Assembly (NCBI GenBank): GCA_051362555.1
Contig: CM120646.1
Coordinates: 23,808,001-23,872,000 of the forward strand
Direction of reading: 5' to 3'
Source: Lingula anatina
Taxonomy: Eukaryota; Animalia; Brachiopoda
DNA: 64,000 nucleotides
This document shows positions 42,301 through 57,499 of this stretch, one piece after another (the stretch's first letter is position 1; each line of letters starts with the position of its first letter). The position numbers were made by a program, and so were the translations under genes. The notes beneath the pieces are model-generated. The model did no database searches and was not told the DNA's origin. It worked only from the letters and a program-made list of their open reading frames with translations.

Positions 42301-44845
42301 CAATGATTCTACTGTTTTTTGTGTAAACTCGGTTGTTGACTGGCTGATAAACCAACAAAACACAAAACATTTCTATAGAAATCTGAAGACTGCGCAAATT
42401 TGTTACACGTATTAATATATATTTATCTTGTTTGAATTTAGTGGCTTTTTGTTTTGACTTCCATATGCAATAGACTCCCCGTTTCTGAATGAGTAGAAAC
42501 TAGAATCATATGCAGATCAGGTGCCTCAATGTTTCCACAACCTTTTAACGCTGTGCTGGTGATTAACTAACAATCTAAAACATCAACTTGTTGGAGTGCG
42601 CTTCAACTTCTTATGAAAATATAACATCTACGACACATATCCAAAACTACACCTACTACAGGCTACGATTTTTCTCAAGGAGTTGCCCGATTTTGGAACC
42701 CCCTGCCCTCATTGTCCGTGTTCTCCGTTAATTCAAAGCAATGATAACCATTTTCAAGCTCCATTAATATAGATAAATATGTTTTCAACATTCAACGTTC
42801 AACATTATAATATTACCTCTTACCTGTTTTCCCTCAACAAGTAACTCCCGACATGTTATTTTCCTAAATTTTGCTATATTCAAATCGTGTCCCGTATACG
42901 TTCGTCAAACTTATATCTATTTCTCTCTGTTTCCCTGCAGACCTCTCCGCTCCTTGAAATGAATTACTCAGATTATTCCTCCTTTGTCCCTGGAACACAG
43001 AGTGAGATTAAGTTTCCGAGGACAGGCGGGAAACGCGGCGCGTGGTGTCGTGGTGAGGAGAGGTAAACAGGTGAGTAGTCCAGTCAACAGCCACGTAATC
43101 CTCCAACGCATAGACACTGCTGTACTCGCTGAAACAGGGTTGCCGATTCTTGAAAACCATACTCAGAATTTTCAGTTTATTTATAGTCGGAGATGGCAGG
43201 ATATTTTGAAAACATGTGTACGCAAATGTTATCTTATTTGTCAGGAATGAGACCCCAAATCCCCACCGTCATCCCGAGTTCAGCATTTATTCTCATAGAC
43301 TAATTGACTAGCACCATGCTTCAGCTGATATAGTCAAAAATAGTTACAGTCTCAGATGGCTATTATCTATGTAACTTCCCGTTTGAAAGCTCTCTAGATA
43401 TCACAAACAACTTCATTGAAAGGTGGTCACCCGCTATTAAAGCTACGGGAGACATGTGATAACTGCCGCAGACCGTTAACTAACTCCTTCATATACCGTA
43501 TTTATCAACCAAATCATGTTCCTGGACAAGAACGCCGGCCTGTTTATTGTTGATTTTCCTTCCTCCTCTGGATAACACTCTTTTTATTAATATCAGTTCT
43601 ACTTTGTTAGCAAAATGATTAACATATAATTTCAGACCTGTTAAATTTGAGTATTTTTCTATTTTTTAGTTATATTTGTTCTAAGAAAATGTAATTGTTC
43701 CTTAGGTAACATTGAGTAAGTCTAACATCATACACCAACCCGCAGTGAACCAGTACGTAATGTGTATAACACTAGTACTGCAGACCTTCACTACTTATTC
43801 CACTAAGCCAATACAGAAGAAATCTCAGCCGTTTTCGACAACGATCAACTTCTTAATGAAGATTTTAACAGCTGCAACGGCCCTCGTTGAAAGCTAGGAC
43901 TTAGTTTAAATTTGTCCATAAATCAGGGATATTGTTGCTATGGTGGCCGGAAATATAGAAACCCCCTCCACCAAAAAGAAAAAAAGATATAAGAAAAAAA
44001 TAATCCAATACATTTACAAATAAAAATACCATTTCTATGATAAAGATTTAGCTGTTAATTCACACACGTCTTAATAAAACCTGAAGGACGAACCTCGTGT
44101 ATTCAACCTTATAACTTCGATAAAATTCCGTTTCATTAATCACCGTATATTATCAAAAGCAGGTAGCAGCCTTAACATTGCAGACAATTGCAGGCGTGTG
44201 GAAAATTGAATTACAAAATTGACAGAGTAATTAAATTCAGCATCACGTTATACTGCAATTAGCTGACAGGTGCGTGGAGAGAAGGCGAGAGAGAGAGAGA
44301 GAGAGGCGAAGCAGACACTAAAGAAAAGTACTTCCTTCAACGTCAAGACACTGAGAATGCCATCCCCAGGGTACTGACGCAGACCCTGGGGGTGGTGACA
44401 CCCTTGAACGAATTCCCAGCACAAATGAGACTCGAATAGCTTCTTGTCGGATGGCATCTACGTAAGTGACTATTCAGTCAAATAAACAAAAGGTTTATTT
44501 TGAATGATATGTGATATTTTGGCCCACGCAAAAATCTCAGTTTTACTCCGTTATCAGTTTTGTCAATTCCGGAACCCCTCCACCCCCATCCCCAACACCC
44601 ACCTTTTCATTTTATCTAACGAGGCCATACCTGATACTTTTACCAATAAGCCACTGCTAATTATCAATTGTGTATAATATATTATGATGTAAAAATAATC
44701 AGATGAGCCTTCAGCAGCAGTGAAATTGATCTAGTGCCAATGGCTGGAGTAGGCGCATTAATACTAATGAAAATGTTACAGCATAAGTCGTCCGTGGATT
44801 GTTACTGTAAAACGTCAGTATAGCTAGTGCCTGGTCATAGTCTTT

Positions 44846-45020
44846 GGGGCCATTCAAAATAGGGGACTAACTAGTCCGAGGGTCAACTATGGCCGACCCA
44901 CTTGAATACTCCCCAACTGGATATCTATTCAGTGTCTATTAGCGGATTAGACGGCAAGCTTTGTAGTGGGTCGCCATATTTGACCCTCGGACTAGTAACT
45001 CTCCTATTCTGAATGGGGCC
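44846..45020. mobile_element. About 175-bp MITE with long imperfect TIRs, PIF/Harbinger-like
   Basis: GGGGCCATTCAAAATAGGGGACTAACTAGTCCGAGGGTCAACTATGGCCGACCCAC is inverted at 44966-45020, flanked by TTT on both sides. Confidence 0.7.
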
Positions 45021-45562
45021 TTTGTACAAAGGAAGAAAACCTGTGACACAGAGTCAATTCTATCGCAGGAAACATTTATGCAGTAAAATACGGTATAAAA
45101 AAATGGAAGTTCTTGATAAAACCAATCAGTTAAAGTTTCACCACATTGCATTTTCATCAAGAACGCTACGCCCTCACTTATGTCGCCCATTTGATTAAAT
45201 CTACCATTCAATTTCAGCAGTTATCAGTGTAATCAACAAACCGCCGCACTACTACATGACAGCTAGCAGCGAGGGGTTTTTATTGCTAGTGTATTTGATG
45301 ATTTCAGCTGGTAGAAGTGGTAGAACGAGGAGATAAGACTCCTGGGAATATAGCAGATATATGAACTCAGCATTACATTATTACTGGGCAGGTACAGTTG
45401 TAAAGGAGAGGGCTGAATATCTGCTACCTGGAGTTGAAGATCAGACAATTTGACCGATATGTACTAAGTTGTTTGCCTTCACCAATGCGGACAGAACAGT
45501 TGACATTTGATTTTATCTCTCATCCCTCCACCCCTCTCTTTCTTATCCCCCCCTCTCTATGT

Positions 45563-45565
<3 letters not shown>

Positions 45566-45603
<38 letters not shown>
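45566..45603. repeat. (GA)n microsatellite
   Basis: Read directly. Confidence 0.95.
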
Positions 45604-45608
<5 letters not shown>

Positions 45609-48600
45609 AAGCTAACTGTGGTATGGCCACATTAATGTGCTAATAATTTAAGCCACATTTCATCACAGATGATAATGATAACTGGTTACTTATATTACTC
45701 CCTCATTAAATTACAAATATTGAGAGGCATGTGAGAAAAATGGTCAGGTTTTATAACTTCAGAGTCAACTTTCTCCCTCAGTGAGCATTTATTGTCTGGA
45801 CTTAACGTAGCAGTGAAATAGAAGCACGCTGTTAACGATTGTATTCTCTGCAAATGCGTGCTAGAAGTATAATAACAGACACCGGGATTGTTTTGATGTA
45901 CAGGAACGTGGGACCCTTTACCAGGGTCATACATTGATTTTTCACTAGATATTCACAGATATGTCTCTGGCTAGTTCTTGACACAATTCTTAACTGTGTT
46001 GGAGAAAAGTGCACATAATTAATCTGCGGCCCTGGTACATGTGTAGAGGGCAGGTGCCTCTATAAAACAATACTTGGATTGCGCAACAATGCAACACGAA
46101 GGCGAGTCAGTGAGATTGACAAAATGAACAAAGTATTGAAAGTAAGACGTTATTTATCTGTCCAAAGTCACCACTAAATCAACAGACAGTAAAGATCAAT
46201 AGAAATATTAATAACATTCTACCATAAATTACCCTTACATCGTTTATTTTGAATATTGAAACATAAATTTTCTATGGGGGAGTTTTGTGTTGGCAATTTT
46301 CAGCCTACACCAGGAAACAAGTCTAGACCCAGAATCTCAACGAAGCATCATATCCTAATATATTTTAAGAAAAAAAGAACGTAGTGTACAGCCGGAATAA
46401 AGCCACTAATCTTCGCCTCCCTTGTGGAATAATATTCCTGGGTCGTCCAAGTTTTACTACAGTAGTTTTTATCACCTCATAGGGCAAGATCGATGATGAT
46501 ATGTCACTTTGACTTTCAGATGAGAGGCGACGGTCCTGACAGTCACTTGAACTGTTCCAGTATGTGCTGAACATTATGAGTGATCAGTCATGTCTCGAAC
46601 CGAGAACAGCGTCTCTTGCAAACAGTCCTGACCCAGTATTTCATAAGATTAAACAATATTATTGCGCCTGGTACTGTTAGACTCTCTGCCAAATGCCCGT
46701 GGGTGTAAATAATTAATTTTTTTACTAAGAGCTCTTCTGGTGAAAGCGTCTTCAGCTGCCAGTCTGTCAATCAGCTGGTGAATGAGGTACAGCTCTTAAG
46801 GACCAATGCAGTCGTCTACCACATCTGGTCTTCGGTTAAAAATTTTTTGGGGTTAAAAATTTTCACCTGCACTTTGACCTCCGTGGCTCTTTCCCCATCT
46901 ACTTGGCGGGTAGTGATGCTGCGATCACGTTTAGTTTTAGAAAATATAATATGAAATGTTCCTCTTGGTGACAGAGATCTCGACATGGCTACCACCAAAC
47001 AAGCGTAGAATAAACTTATCAGTTGTTCTAGGTCATGGTAAATAAACCAATGATCTACAATTGTGTACATTTACAGGTTAACCTTTTGCATTTTTATTAT
47101 GTTGTCCATATGAACTTATCATCTCCGGGTGAATGGACATTTCTTGTTGTTTCCTTTCCTCTATTATATAATCTACCTGGCAGACTGTCTAATACCTGCT
47201 TGGCGTCACATTTTAACGTGACATAACCCCAACCCCCAACTAAGGACTATTGGTTCGTGTCGCGTCTGTCTTTGCGTTACCAGTCGGTTAGTGATTTAGA
47301 TGACCAGGAATAAAACAGGATATAAATATCTTCCTTTCGTTTTTTCTTTCTTTATTGCTTTTTTCATCTTTCTCGGATGTCTGTGTAAAGAGACCAGCAC
47401 TGCACAGTGCGAGGAATTCCACTACTCTCTGCCCTCTAGGTATACTCTATTAGTCTGTTATAAAATTATTGTATAGATCATACTTTTGTTTTGTTTACTA
47501 TTCTAGAAGTCCCTGTTATCAGAGGGTAGAAAAACACATTGAAATTCCAATCAGGCGTGTTTCCTTCAGGAAGTAAAAACACAACTAGATTTAATAAAAA
47601 CTACCGTAAACACTTCTTCAGGCATCTGCATGCTCACTGAGCTGTTGACTAAACTGCCTCTTAATGCTCTTAATGCTACATGTACCTGAACAGTGTGCCT
47701 CACTATCACCAGCCTCATTACATGTAGGTTTTCTTGAAATAGTTAAAGGAGAAGACTTTTATCAAAATAAAGTGATTTTCAATGATTGATAACTATTGTG
47801 TACGTCAAAATGAGGGGTGTTTGAAGCAATTCACTCCAGAAGTAGTCATAAATTACAGTCGGGGTCATGATAATTAAAATAAAAGAAATAGGATACACAG
47901 TTTTCAGTGAACGGATGTTTTATCCGAAAATCGTGTTCATGTCGTTTAAATTTGACTACTTAAAATCTTAACACGTCGCTACATACAGAGGGCTAGGGTT
48001 TCTATTGACTATACAAAAGACTCAAGAGATGACTGTGAATATTGCTCATTGGCAGCTTAAAATATACCGCTATCGGTCAGTGATATCATCGAAAAAAGGC
48101 CTTTACTTAAAGAAGACACTACATGTTTTGGTTAAGTTCATCATCGTTAAGTCACCAATATTATTATTATGACTAACCACAGTCAGGGGTCACCCTAGTA
48201 TATACTGAATATAGACAGCAACACCTCGCTAAAGTTATAGACATCCTTCAATGTCACTAGCTTACCAGATAGGGATAATACCTTTTTCTCATACAGACCT
48301 AATTAAACGTCACCTTATTTCGTGATCCCCTCTCCATTCACCGCTCCACTCCTTGTAGACCCTTGTAGCTTGACACCGGCTTTAAATAACGGATGTCTAT
48401 TTAGAGCTACGCACATGTTACAGAGGAAATCGTCTGTTCTCAGTAAAACACAACTGTTGGCCTACTATACTAGTACTTAACACAATTTCAATGTATCGCC
48501 TACGAGTAAAGTTAATGTCCTCACGGTGTTAACATTAACCCGATTAACGCTGCGTCTCTGCTACAGACAGACGCGTAGTCAAGGTTTGTGGTTTTCTCAT

Positions 48601-49949
48601 AAACTTTAGTTATAACTGATGATTCTAATTATTCACCGATAACCCTGTACTCCGTAGAAGAAAGGGTGTTAAAAAGTAAGGTCACAGTACCCCCGTATAT
48701 ACGTGAAGTGTTACTCACCTTAACAGCTTTAACTACGGTCAAATAACCGCGTTCTCCGGGCAGACTATCTTAATGTTCTCACAAGTATACTATGGGGACG
48801 CTCACTGGTTTCATTCATCAATCTAGGTCACGTAAAGTGACGTTGGTGTCCTATATATGTACTATACCAAGTTCACGGAAGTTGACACGATAATCAAGTA
48901 ACGGACGACCTCAGCAGACAGCCTCACCTTTTTCCAGCAAACACCCTGGTGATCAATAACTGAACGCTGTCACTGAGTGCTAGCAGGGATGGACGGGATA
49001 ACATGGACATGTAGTAACCACTACGGCATTCTGTTACTAACTAGAGGCGATATCGCTTATGTAAATATGAAGGGAGTTAATAAACATCCATTGTTTTTTT
49101 TTTTACTTCTTTTGGTCTTAACCTGTTTCTATATATTGCCTAGTATAATCAACGTTGACCGTTGTTATTCTGTAGTCTGTTGTCTGTGTTGGAGACGCCG
49201 GTCCTGGTACGGAGGTGGAGATGGGGGGGGGGGGGGGAGAGATACCAAATTTATGCATAATTTCCCTGACAAATTGACTTTAGTGTCAATCTCTTGATAA
49301 AGTTTATTTAATCGATCTTAAACATTTTCTCACTCCAACATCAACAAGACATGAGACAAAAGGTGCGTATTTTCTTTAACCCTGTTATGGCGGTAAACAG
49401 TGGAATAAGCCCCTGCCTCTGTAATTAGCTGTGCCACTACCAATCATCCTGATTAACACGTCGTAACTGTCATAAATAATCAAACAGAGGAAAAAGATAA
49501 ATGATGATAATAACAACAGCAATGACAATGGTTATAAAGCCCAAGGGGTAAAGATGCTGTGGAACTCTCCGTCTGGAACCTAGCATTTTATTAGTAGCAT
49601 TTTATCCAGCGTCGTTTTGCTAAAATATAAATGTGTCGGTTATAGACTGTTGTATAGAAGTGAATGTACAATTTTCATTTTATTTCATCGATCCATTACC
49701 CCCTTTTGGCTCACCAGAATGATGTACAACAAACAGAATATGATATGACACAGCATTAAATTTAATAACTTAAAATAATAGAATACAGTATCAATAGACA
49801 ATGGAACTTATACTAAAGGCAACTTAATTTATATAAATTATATAAAAATAGCTAAATGATGGGAGATCTAATAAAGACGGGACCCTAGGGTTATTTTTAT
49901 CTTGACTCTTGTTGTGATGGAAGATAAATTAATACAACAGTAGTTAATT

Positions 49950-51499
49950 TTTTCTGTATGGAAAACCAATCCAAGAGGTCAACAAATACATGTATCTAGG
50001 TCTCCTTCTAAATCGATCAGGAAGCTTTACAGAAACCAAAAATAATCTCCTACAACGTGCTACAAAGGCATTCTTCAGTCTGTCCAAGTCTCTTCCACTT
50101 CAGAGTAATGTTAACACATCCTTAAAAGAGAAATTATTTGATACCCTCATTTCCCCAATCCTTACATATTGCTCAGAGATATGGGGCTACTCGGTGTCAA
50201 CGGATAACTGCCCTACAGAAAAGTTGCACTTAAAATTTTGCAAACAAATCCTTGGCCTCCATCAAAACGTATCAAACTATGGTGTATACACTGAACTTGG
50301 CCGCCTTCCCCTCTATACCAAAATACAGTTTGCATCTGTCAAACTATGGTGTAAAATTATTCAAATGTCTGATGCTACACTAATGAAACAAGCATACATA
50401 CAAGAGATAAATAGTTACAAGTTGCTGACACCCTATGTCCCACCCGCAGTCCACACACTCAGACCAGCTTGTATGTCATGGTCTGAGGGTATCCGAAAAA
50501 TCCTCTTCACATTTGGCCTTGGTGATGTGTGGCTTAGCCAGTCACCTCCAAAACACTTCACCACAATTTTCAAACAAAGACAAACTGACCACTTCACCCA
50601 AATATGCAATAGCAAACTTCAAGCCAACAGTAAATTATCTCTTTTCCGTATACTTAACCAAAAGTGTGAAAGGGCAACTTATGTTGATAAAATAACAAAT
50701 TACGACACCTTATCAACCCTTGCTAAACTACGTCTTAGTGACCATAAACTCCACATCGAAACTGGGCGGCACACCAGCCCAAAAACTGAAAGGTGCGACA
50801 GAATCTGTCGCCTGTGCACACAAGGGGTAATTGAGGATGAATACCATTTTATATTCCAATGCCCAATGTACAAAACAGACCGAGTCACCTTTTTCAGTAA
50901 AACCTCATTCCTAAAAGCTGATTCAAGGCCACCAGACAGTCAATTATGCCATGTATTTAACAGTGCCAACAAAGATACTTTAGTGTCCCTCTCCAACTTT
51001 ATAATCAAATCATTTAAGAAAAGAAGTGAAGTGGTTGCTCTGCTTGGTAACTCTTAGCATATCCCTTAAAATGTCAGTGTATGGTCCCACTGTTGTGAGA
51101 AGTGACTCGGCAGTGGGACTGAACATGGCACAATATTTATATCTGTGTAACTTATTTACTTATTTGTCTTATGTAATTGTCATTAATCGTAATTATCAAT
51201 GTCATCAAACAGCCATGTAAACAGCTATGTAACGGTGGTTTTAAGTTCTTTAAAAACATATTCTTTTTGTGTAACATGTTTATAGTATGTTTATGGTAAA
51301 TTTATAATCACACCAAGGTTTATCTCATTGCTTAGATAGAATATTTTATGAGTAATTTTACTAGTACTTATCTTCATTATATAAAGATGGTAATACACTA
51401 ACTGTATTGTATCGTCATCTGTATATCATATTGTACAAGGTCATGACAATCTATGTACCAGTACAGAAATAAATTGAAATTGAATTGAAATTGAAATTG
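49950..51499 (+). mobile_element. 5'-truncated non-LTR retrotransposon (LINE, RTE-X-like tentative): RT thumb and C-terminal CCHC region, 3' UTR and (TTGAAA)n tail
   Basis: ORF 49990-51057 reads YMYLG..KAF..LFDTLISPILTYCSEIWG..ELGRLPL..LRLSDHKLHIETGR..CRLC..EDEYHFIFQC, which is typical of LINE ORF2 C-termini. AATAAA is followed by TTGAAA/TTGAA repeats at about 51468-51499. Confidence 0.9.
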
Positions 51500-51710
51500 T
51501 TAAGGCTACTCTCTGTTCACCTTGTAAAGAAATGGGAGATCAGCGCGTGTTAAGGATTTCAATAAAATCACTTATCAAAGCAGGAAGGTAGTACGGGTTT
51601 TTGCAAAGTTAAAATTCCGGTGTTGTTTTGTAGCTAGATAAGGATAAGTACTTCAGTGTTGTGAAAGTAAATAAATCCGGGCTATATCCGTCTTTTTGAC
51701 CTTAGACGAA

Positions 51711-51805
51711 GCAGTGGCGGACGTATTTAATATCAAAAAGGTTGTTAGACAGTTTTCCAGCAGTGGAGGACGTAAAATACCAAAAAGGTTGTTAGACAGT
51801 TCTCC
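51711..51805. repeat. Two-copy tandem duplication of about 48 bp (GCAGTGG.GGACGTA...AAAAAGGTTGTTAGACAGTT)
   Basis: Read directly. Confidence 0.7.
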
Positions 51806-53173
51806 ACCCTAAAACTTCCTCAAGGGGAGGACAACCTCTAAAAAATGGTGCTGTTTGAAGTATTCTGCGGTCCTGAACTCATAAAGCTTGCGTTTGACGT
51901 GCACATGGAGAGTTTTCTCCGTGTTAGGCGAATCATTTTGATTTATGTACAATATATATATATGTGTGCGTGTGTTTGTGTGTGCATGTTCGCGTGCATG
52001 TGTGTGTGTGTGGGTGTGCGAGAAAAGGGGTGGAATGCTCCTGGATCCGAAAATCAATAACACAAATTATCTGTAGGTTGGCGTCTTTTAGTTAAGTCAT
52101 GACGGGGAAAATGTGATATTTTGTCTTTTTTTATACAATTTCAAACACAAATAACTAATGATATATCAATTTTAAAAATGATTGAGCATTTTTTTACACA
52201 ATACTTTTATGGACAACAAATAGAAATGCAGCTTCGAGGAAAAATGTTCTGAATTTATCTAAACCGTAAAAAAAAGGAACCGACGGAAAGAAATATGATT
52301 TAGGCACTGTGTTAAGTTTATGACGTTTTACATAAGCTCGCTTTCCGTCCCTTTAGATATGTGAAAAATAACGACATTTAGCCGATACGAAGTCTTTCAG
52401 TAAACTTTCCAAAGAAAAGGCTATCAGATATATGACAGTGGCTCTCCATCACGAAGCTGCTTTGTATTAAGTTGTAAGTAAAATAACACAGCTACCAAAC
52501 TGGAATTTCACATTTGATGATGTCGTGACAAACGCTCTTATGTAAGGTAGAGACGCAAAAACCTGTCTGCGTGCATATAAACACGCCAATAACTGAAGTT
52601 TACTTTTGTTTAAAGCGTTTGGCATCAAATTACGGAGATGAAAATAAAAATGTTATCGTTTACATTGGCTGGCAAATTACCAGGTATTGCAGTACATGAT
52701 ACAAAGCATTCAATCGATTTTAACTTAGAAAAATAGGACTGCAAATCATGATGATCACGTACATTTAATACAAACGCATTTTTATTGATCATTTTTAGAA
52801 AACAGTGTGTTTTTATGTGAATATGCTCTTGAAAGCCTTTCCCAATTCCGACACGTAATAGCCTAAAGAGGTTCATGGCACCTCAATTTTCAGATCTTTT
52901 GTAGGTTTTATTAGCGCAACATGTTGACGAAACAAAAGCAAAATGCTGGAAATGCTCTCGAAGTTTCCTTTTAAAAAGATTTCACCCGTATTTTAATAGA
53001 AATGTTCTCATTTCAGGGGATGATTTCGTTTTAATCAAAGAGTTTAAAATGGCAAGTCCCCAAGCTCTCCAATTATTATTTTAAATTATAGAAACCCAAG
53101 ATAAGATGCTCTTGCATTTTGTTCATTATAAGTGTACTGATATCTCGGAAACGCAGCAGTTCACTTTAGGTTA

Positions 53174-53373
53174 AACCCCCTTAACACTGGACGGCGACCT
53201 GTCTGCGACCATAAAACAGGCATCGCTGTGGTCGTCGAAAGGAGGCACAAGCATCGCTTTGCTTGCAGAAAGAATGCTCAATGATCGGCCACGTAAGATA
53301 TTATTTTTTTACTTTCAAACGGGGGCGTACTAGGGTGTACGCAGAGAGGACGCCTTCCAGTGTAAAGGGGGCT
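53174..53373. mobile_element. 200-bp PIF/Harbinger-like (Tourist-type) MITE
   Basis: TIRs AACCCCCTTAACACTGGACGGCGACCTGTCTGCG ... CGCAGAGAGGACGCCTTCCAGTGTAAAGGGGGCT with TTA on both flanks. Confidence 0.75.
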
Positions 53374-53701
53374 TTAGGAAAACCCAATTTCGCCATTATT
53401 TCAGCAAACTGGCCTTTGCGTAAACTGAACTTTATTTCGAGTTCAACAGACCGCATTTTCAAACTGAATAGTAAATATCTACTGTTTGGAGCCCAGTAGA
53501 GCTTGATATCTTTATTTTTTTATACAGAGGCAGTCGCTGACGTAGTGAATACAGTAAATTATAGCTGATCTACAGATAGTCGACTACATACATATAGCTG
53601 ACGGCATACTTATTTCCTTGTCATGAACTAACGGAATTGTTATCACTCAAATAATAGTGCACAATGTTGTTATAATAGCTGTCATAAAGCGGGTGTATCC
53701 A

Positions 53702-53739
<38 letters not shown>

Positions 53740-56700
53740 ATTGTAGGCGTCAAGTCCGTAGGGAATAATGTGAACGAACAGGAAAATGAAACTTGGTACA
53801 TTGATGACAACCTTTTGTCTGTATCATGAAGCATAGCTACCGAATACAGATGCTGTTGCTTGTGAAATGAACACCTGAAATAAGAAGGATAAAAATTAAG
53901 CAATAACACAAAGTCTTAGCTACGAGTACCTCATTATCTAAGACATCTACGAAGATAAGGAAGAGTTCGAAAGTAAATGATTCAACTTTAGATTTATTCA
54001 TAGAATTCTATGTACAAAATAGCGACTGTTCAAACAAACAAACAAACAAACAAATAAAAAATGTCTCACAATCCAAACTGAAACAAAAAATATGGAAACA
54101 ATATTAGCATTTAGTCATCGATTGCGATGTCGTTAAAGGCTTGTAGAAACAAATCGAAAACTTTATTACGAAAGAAAGAGGAACGAACATGCATATCTCA
54201 GCATCTGATATCTTTCTCGGAAATGATGATGAAAATAAATTTGATAATTCTTCAACCTCACGGTGATCATGATCACTCAGTAGGAGAAAAAAAACAACAT
54301 CCTGCCTTCTTCAGTTAGTCTTAAAGCAATAAAACTTAACCCTTTCACGTGCGGGATCTTCTCGAACGATCGGCTTTTCTGATCGTTACGTCAAGCTTCA
54401 CTTCATGCGTTCTAAATAAGTCTTCTTTTTCTGATTAGTGCCTTTCATTCTTTTGCTTCAATGGGGCTTTGATCTGCGAACTAGTATTCAGAGAAAAATA
54501 ATTATTTCCTGGTATGGTATATCTGAAACTTTGCGACAGGTCATCAATTAGCTGCACCGCCAGGTGTTAGCTTCGATAAAAATTCTGTAGAGAAAAATTA
54601 CATTTACCGGAGAGTTCGTGTAAAGAATAATGACTTCACCGGCTTGAGTATGACATACGCGACATGGAGGCGGCAGGGAAGGAGAGGTGAATTACTGCAA
54701 TGATCCCAGTTAAATCAGTGTTAAAAAACACAAAGGAGAATCATTTCCTTACTTTATCAAAAAGTCGATGGTCTGTCTGACTTTTTTGCTACCACTCAAG
54801 AGTATAATTAATACAAACACCATTTCACGCGGCAGTCCTTCAATTGTAGTAGGTATAGTGGCATATATGTAAAATGCTGAATTTTGTTTGAAATTAACTT
54901 TTTGGTTAACGACAGGAGTGAACGAACATTTCAAATGTCAGGACTTCTTTTTATGAAGGTGTACCAGGTCCAATAAACAATAGCCGAAATGCTTCCTTTA
55001 GTTAAAAAAAGAAGAAAAATTCTTTTTTTGTATTAAACTGATGAAACTTATTTTTTCGTGACTATGAGATTGATTAAATACGTAATTATATAGAAATTCG
55101 ACCGTGTGAGACCGCCTTGCAATATTTGTATTAACAATGCACTCTACAAAACGCCATAAATTGATTGATACGATCACACCAAGCCATTTGGCATTTACAC
55201 CGTCTATCTTTATTACGTTGTCAATGGACAGAGTCGACAAATACACTATTCCAGAACACTGAATAATGCAGCGAGGAATATTACTAAAAGTTACTAGCAA
55301 ACTGCATTAAACTAAAAGGTTTGTGGGAATTACACCACATCCGGATGATATAATATACAGTATCTGTACACGTTTTAATAAGATGAGGAAGACTCAACGC
55401 TGTAATTGCCACAGTCCTTTTGTACAGTATATCCACAGACATTGCACGTCCAGAAATACGCTGAAAAAAAAATGTCCATCAATAAAACTAAAGAAATTGA
55501 TACAAAAGTTCTTTATGAAGCATGATGAAAGGACGCCCGGCCTAGAACACGCGTATGGCGTCGGAAAACTCATTTATATTATAAATTTCATGTAGGACTA
55601 ATATAGGAAGTTCTCACATGAAAGAAAAGATATAATCATGTCTTCTGTACTGAAAATAATCGAAGGACACCTCTTGAATAGGCCTAAGCATGAAGAAAAG
55701 AAAAAGCACATAAGCACACTACTTATCGTGGATTGAAAAAGTTAATTAAAAAGTATTGTTATCTTTGCGTTTTGCAGGGTTTTTTTATGTACGTTTTCGT
55801 TTCTCGCCTTAAAATGCCAGGATGTCATAGTTTTTATGTCAGCCTGAAATCGATTAAAACAAATTGTACGACAGACCCTGCTCTAGGGTTTATTAAAATG
55901 CCCTGAGGAGATATCTAGACTATAGCTCAGGATAAAACAACAACCCGGAGTTACGCCCGTGTTAATCAATTATCGCAATCTAAAGGTGGCTTTTTATTAG
56001 AACGTGGTCACAGCGTCAAGGCTGGCGCCAGAGTGCTCCTGGTAAGTCTATTGTAGGGACTACACCTACACACCCCTTTCCATTTATATGTACTTTTATT
56101 CTACCTTGGAATCATTAGTATCGAGATAGAGCCTAGGACTATTAGTAATAGTATTACGGATGAATGTTTTGTATGGATGGTTTTCCGGAATCGATTTTGA
56201 TGAACGCCTTAAGGGAAAGAGCAGGAAAGAGCATATTCAGGGAATGTTCCAAGTGTGTTAGATGTGCCGGTTAATCAAGGAGAGTCCCGAGTGTGTTAGG
56301 TGTGCTTGATCTCGTGCATGGAACAGAAATTGTCTAACTGTGTAGATCTGTTGATTAACGTGTTATTAAAATGAGAATAACACATGCCAACATAATAAGT
56401 CAAGTAAAATAATAATAATAATAATAATGCGCATTACTGACAGTATTGTTAAATTCTGCAACAACAAAATACACTTTTTTGAAAGACTGACTTGCATTTA
56501 TTATTCTTTTTATATTACATTTATTGCTTGTTATTTGAATAATCTATCCATCAAACCCTCCACATTTACATATAACAATATTATTTACACACCGAAAGTA
56601 GAAAACACGCCTAACTCACTGCAATCTCTGTAAAGTACGTACAAAGTGTATTGGTAATAGCACCCATCAGAATGCGTAGAAGTTTACGCTGAAAGTGGAA

Positions 56701-57499
56701 GTTCACCGCGACAGTTTTAAACAACTCACAAACTGTTCAAAGTCGACAACCACAGTTCACTGTCCAGGTATGACCAATTCATAAATCTGACATCTTTTTA
56801 CACAAAAAAATCCAGCTTAAAACCATGGCGCAATCGTAAACGTCAAGTTGGGAAAGTGTCGACAACAAGAGTATGACAATAACCTAAATAGTTGCGAGTA
56901 TCAGTACAGCTAGGGTATAGAAACTCCCGCTAATATAAGACACATGTCCACCTTCAAACAAGTTAACAATTCATTTTCAAAATGTGTCATTCATTTTAGG
57001 AAATAAACATTGCTTGTTAGAAACGTGACTAAAATAACGATATTTGGCAGTTGACCACAATATCAAAAGTTACAATGTGAGGTGATAAATTATCTGATTG
57101 TACAATACATGACAAGATCATTCCATTGGTACTGGAATTTCAGCTCATGAAAGTCTTTATAAATAGTTGATATTGTTTTTTTTCACACTTATTGCTCAAT
57201 TGTCGTTTTTGGTTTCCAGATTGTCGAATAATGATCACTGAATAAAAGTCCTAAAATAAACATTTCACTGTCATTAGATTGTATAAAATCACAGTATACA
57301 AAAATATCACTGACTTTTCTTTATCATCATCTTCCCAATTTCTTTCCAATTTTCTGTTCAATTAAATCACAAACAAATATATTTTCAATCCCAAATGCTT
57401 TGTAATCCATCAAAATGTACTGATCTTGAGTCTTCTTGCTTCAAAATTTTCTTCCATAAATCAGATAAAATGTCTTTATAAGAGGCTTTGCAAATCCTT

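Noticed and set aside
54340-54690. Possible further minus-strand exon or promoter upstream of the GPCR
   Set aside because: No sustained ORF, only a weak donor, and no TATA/Inr pairing.
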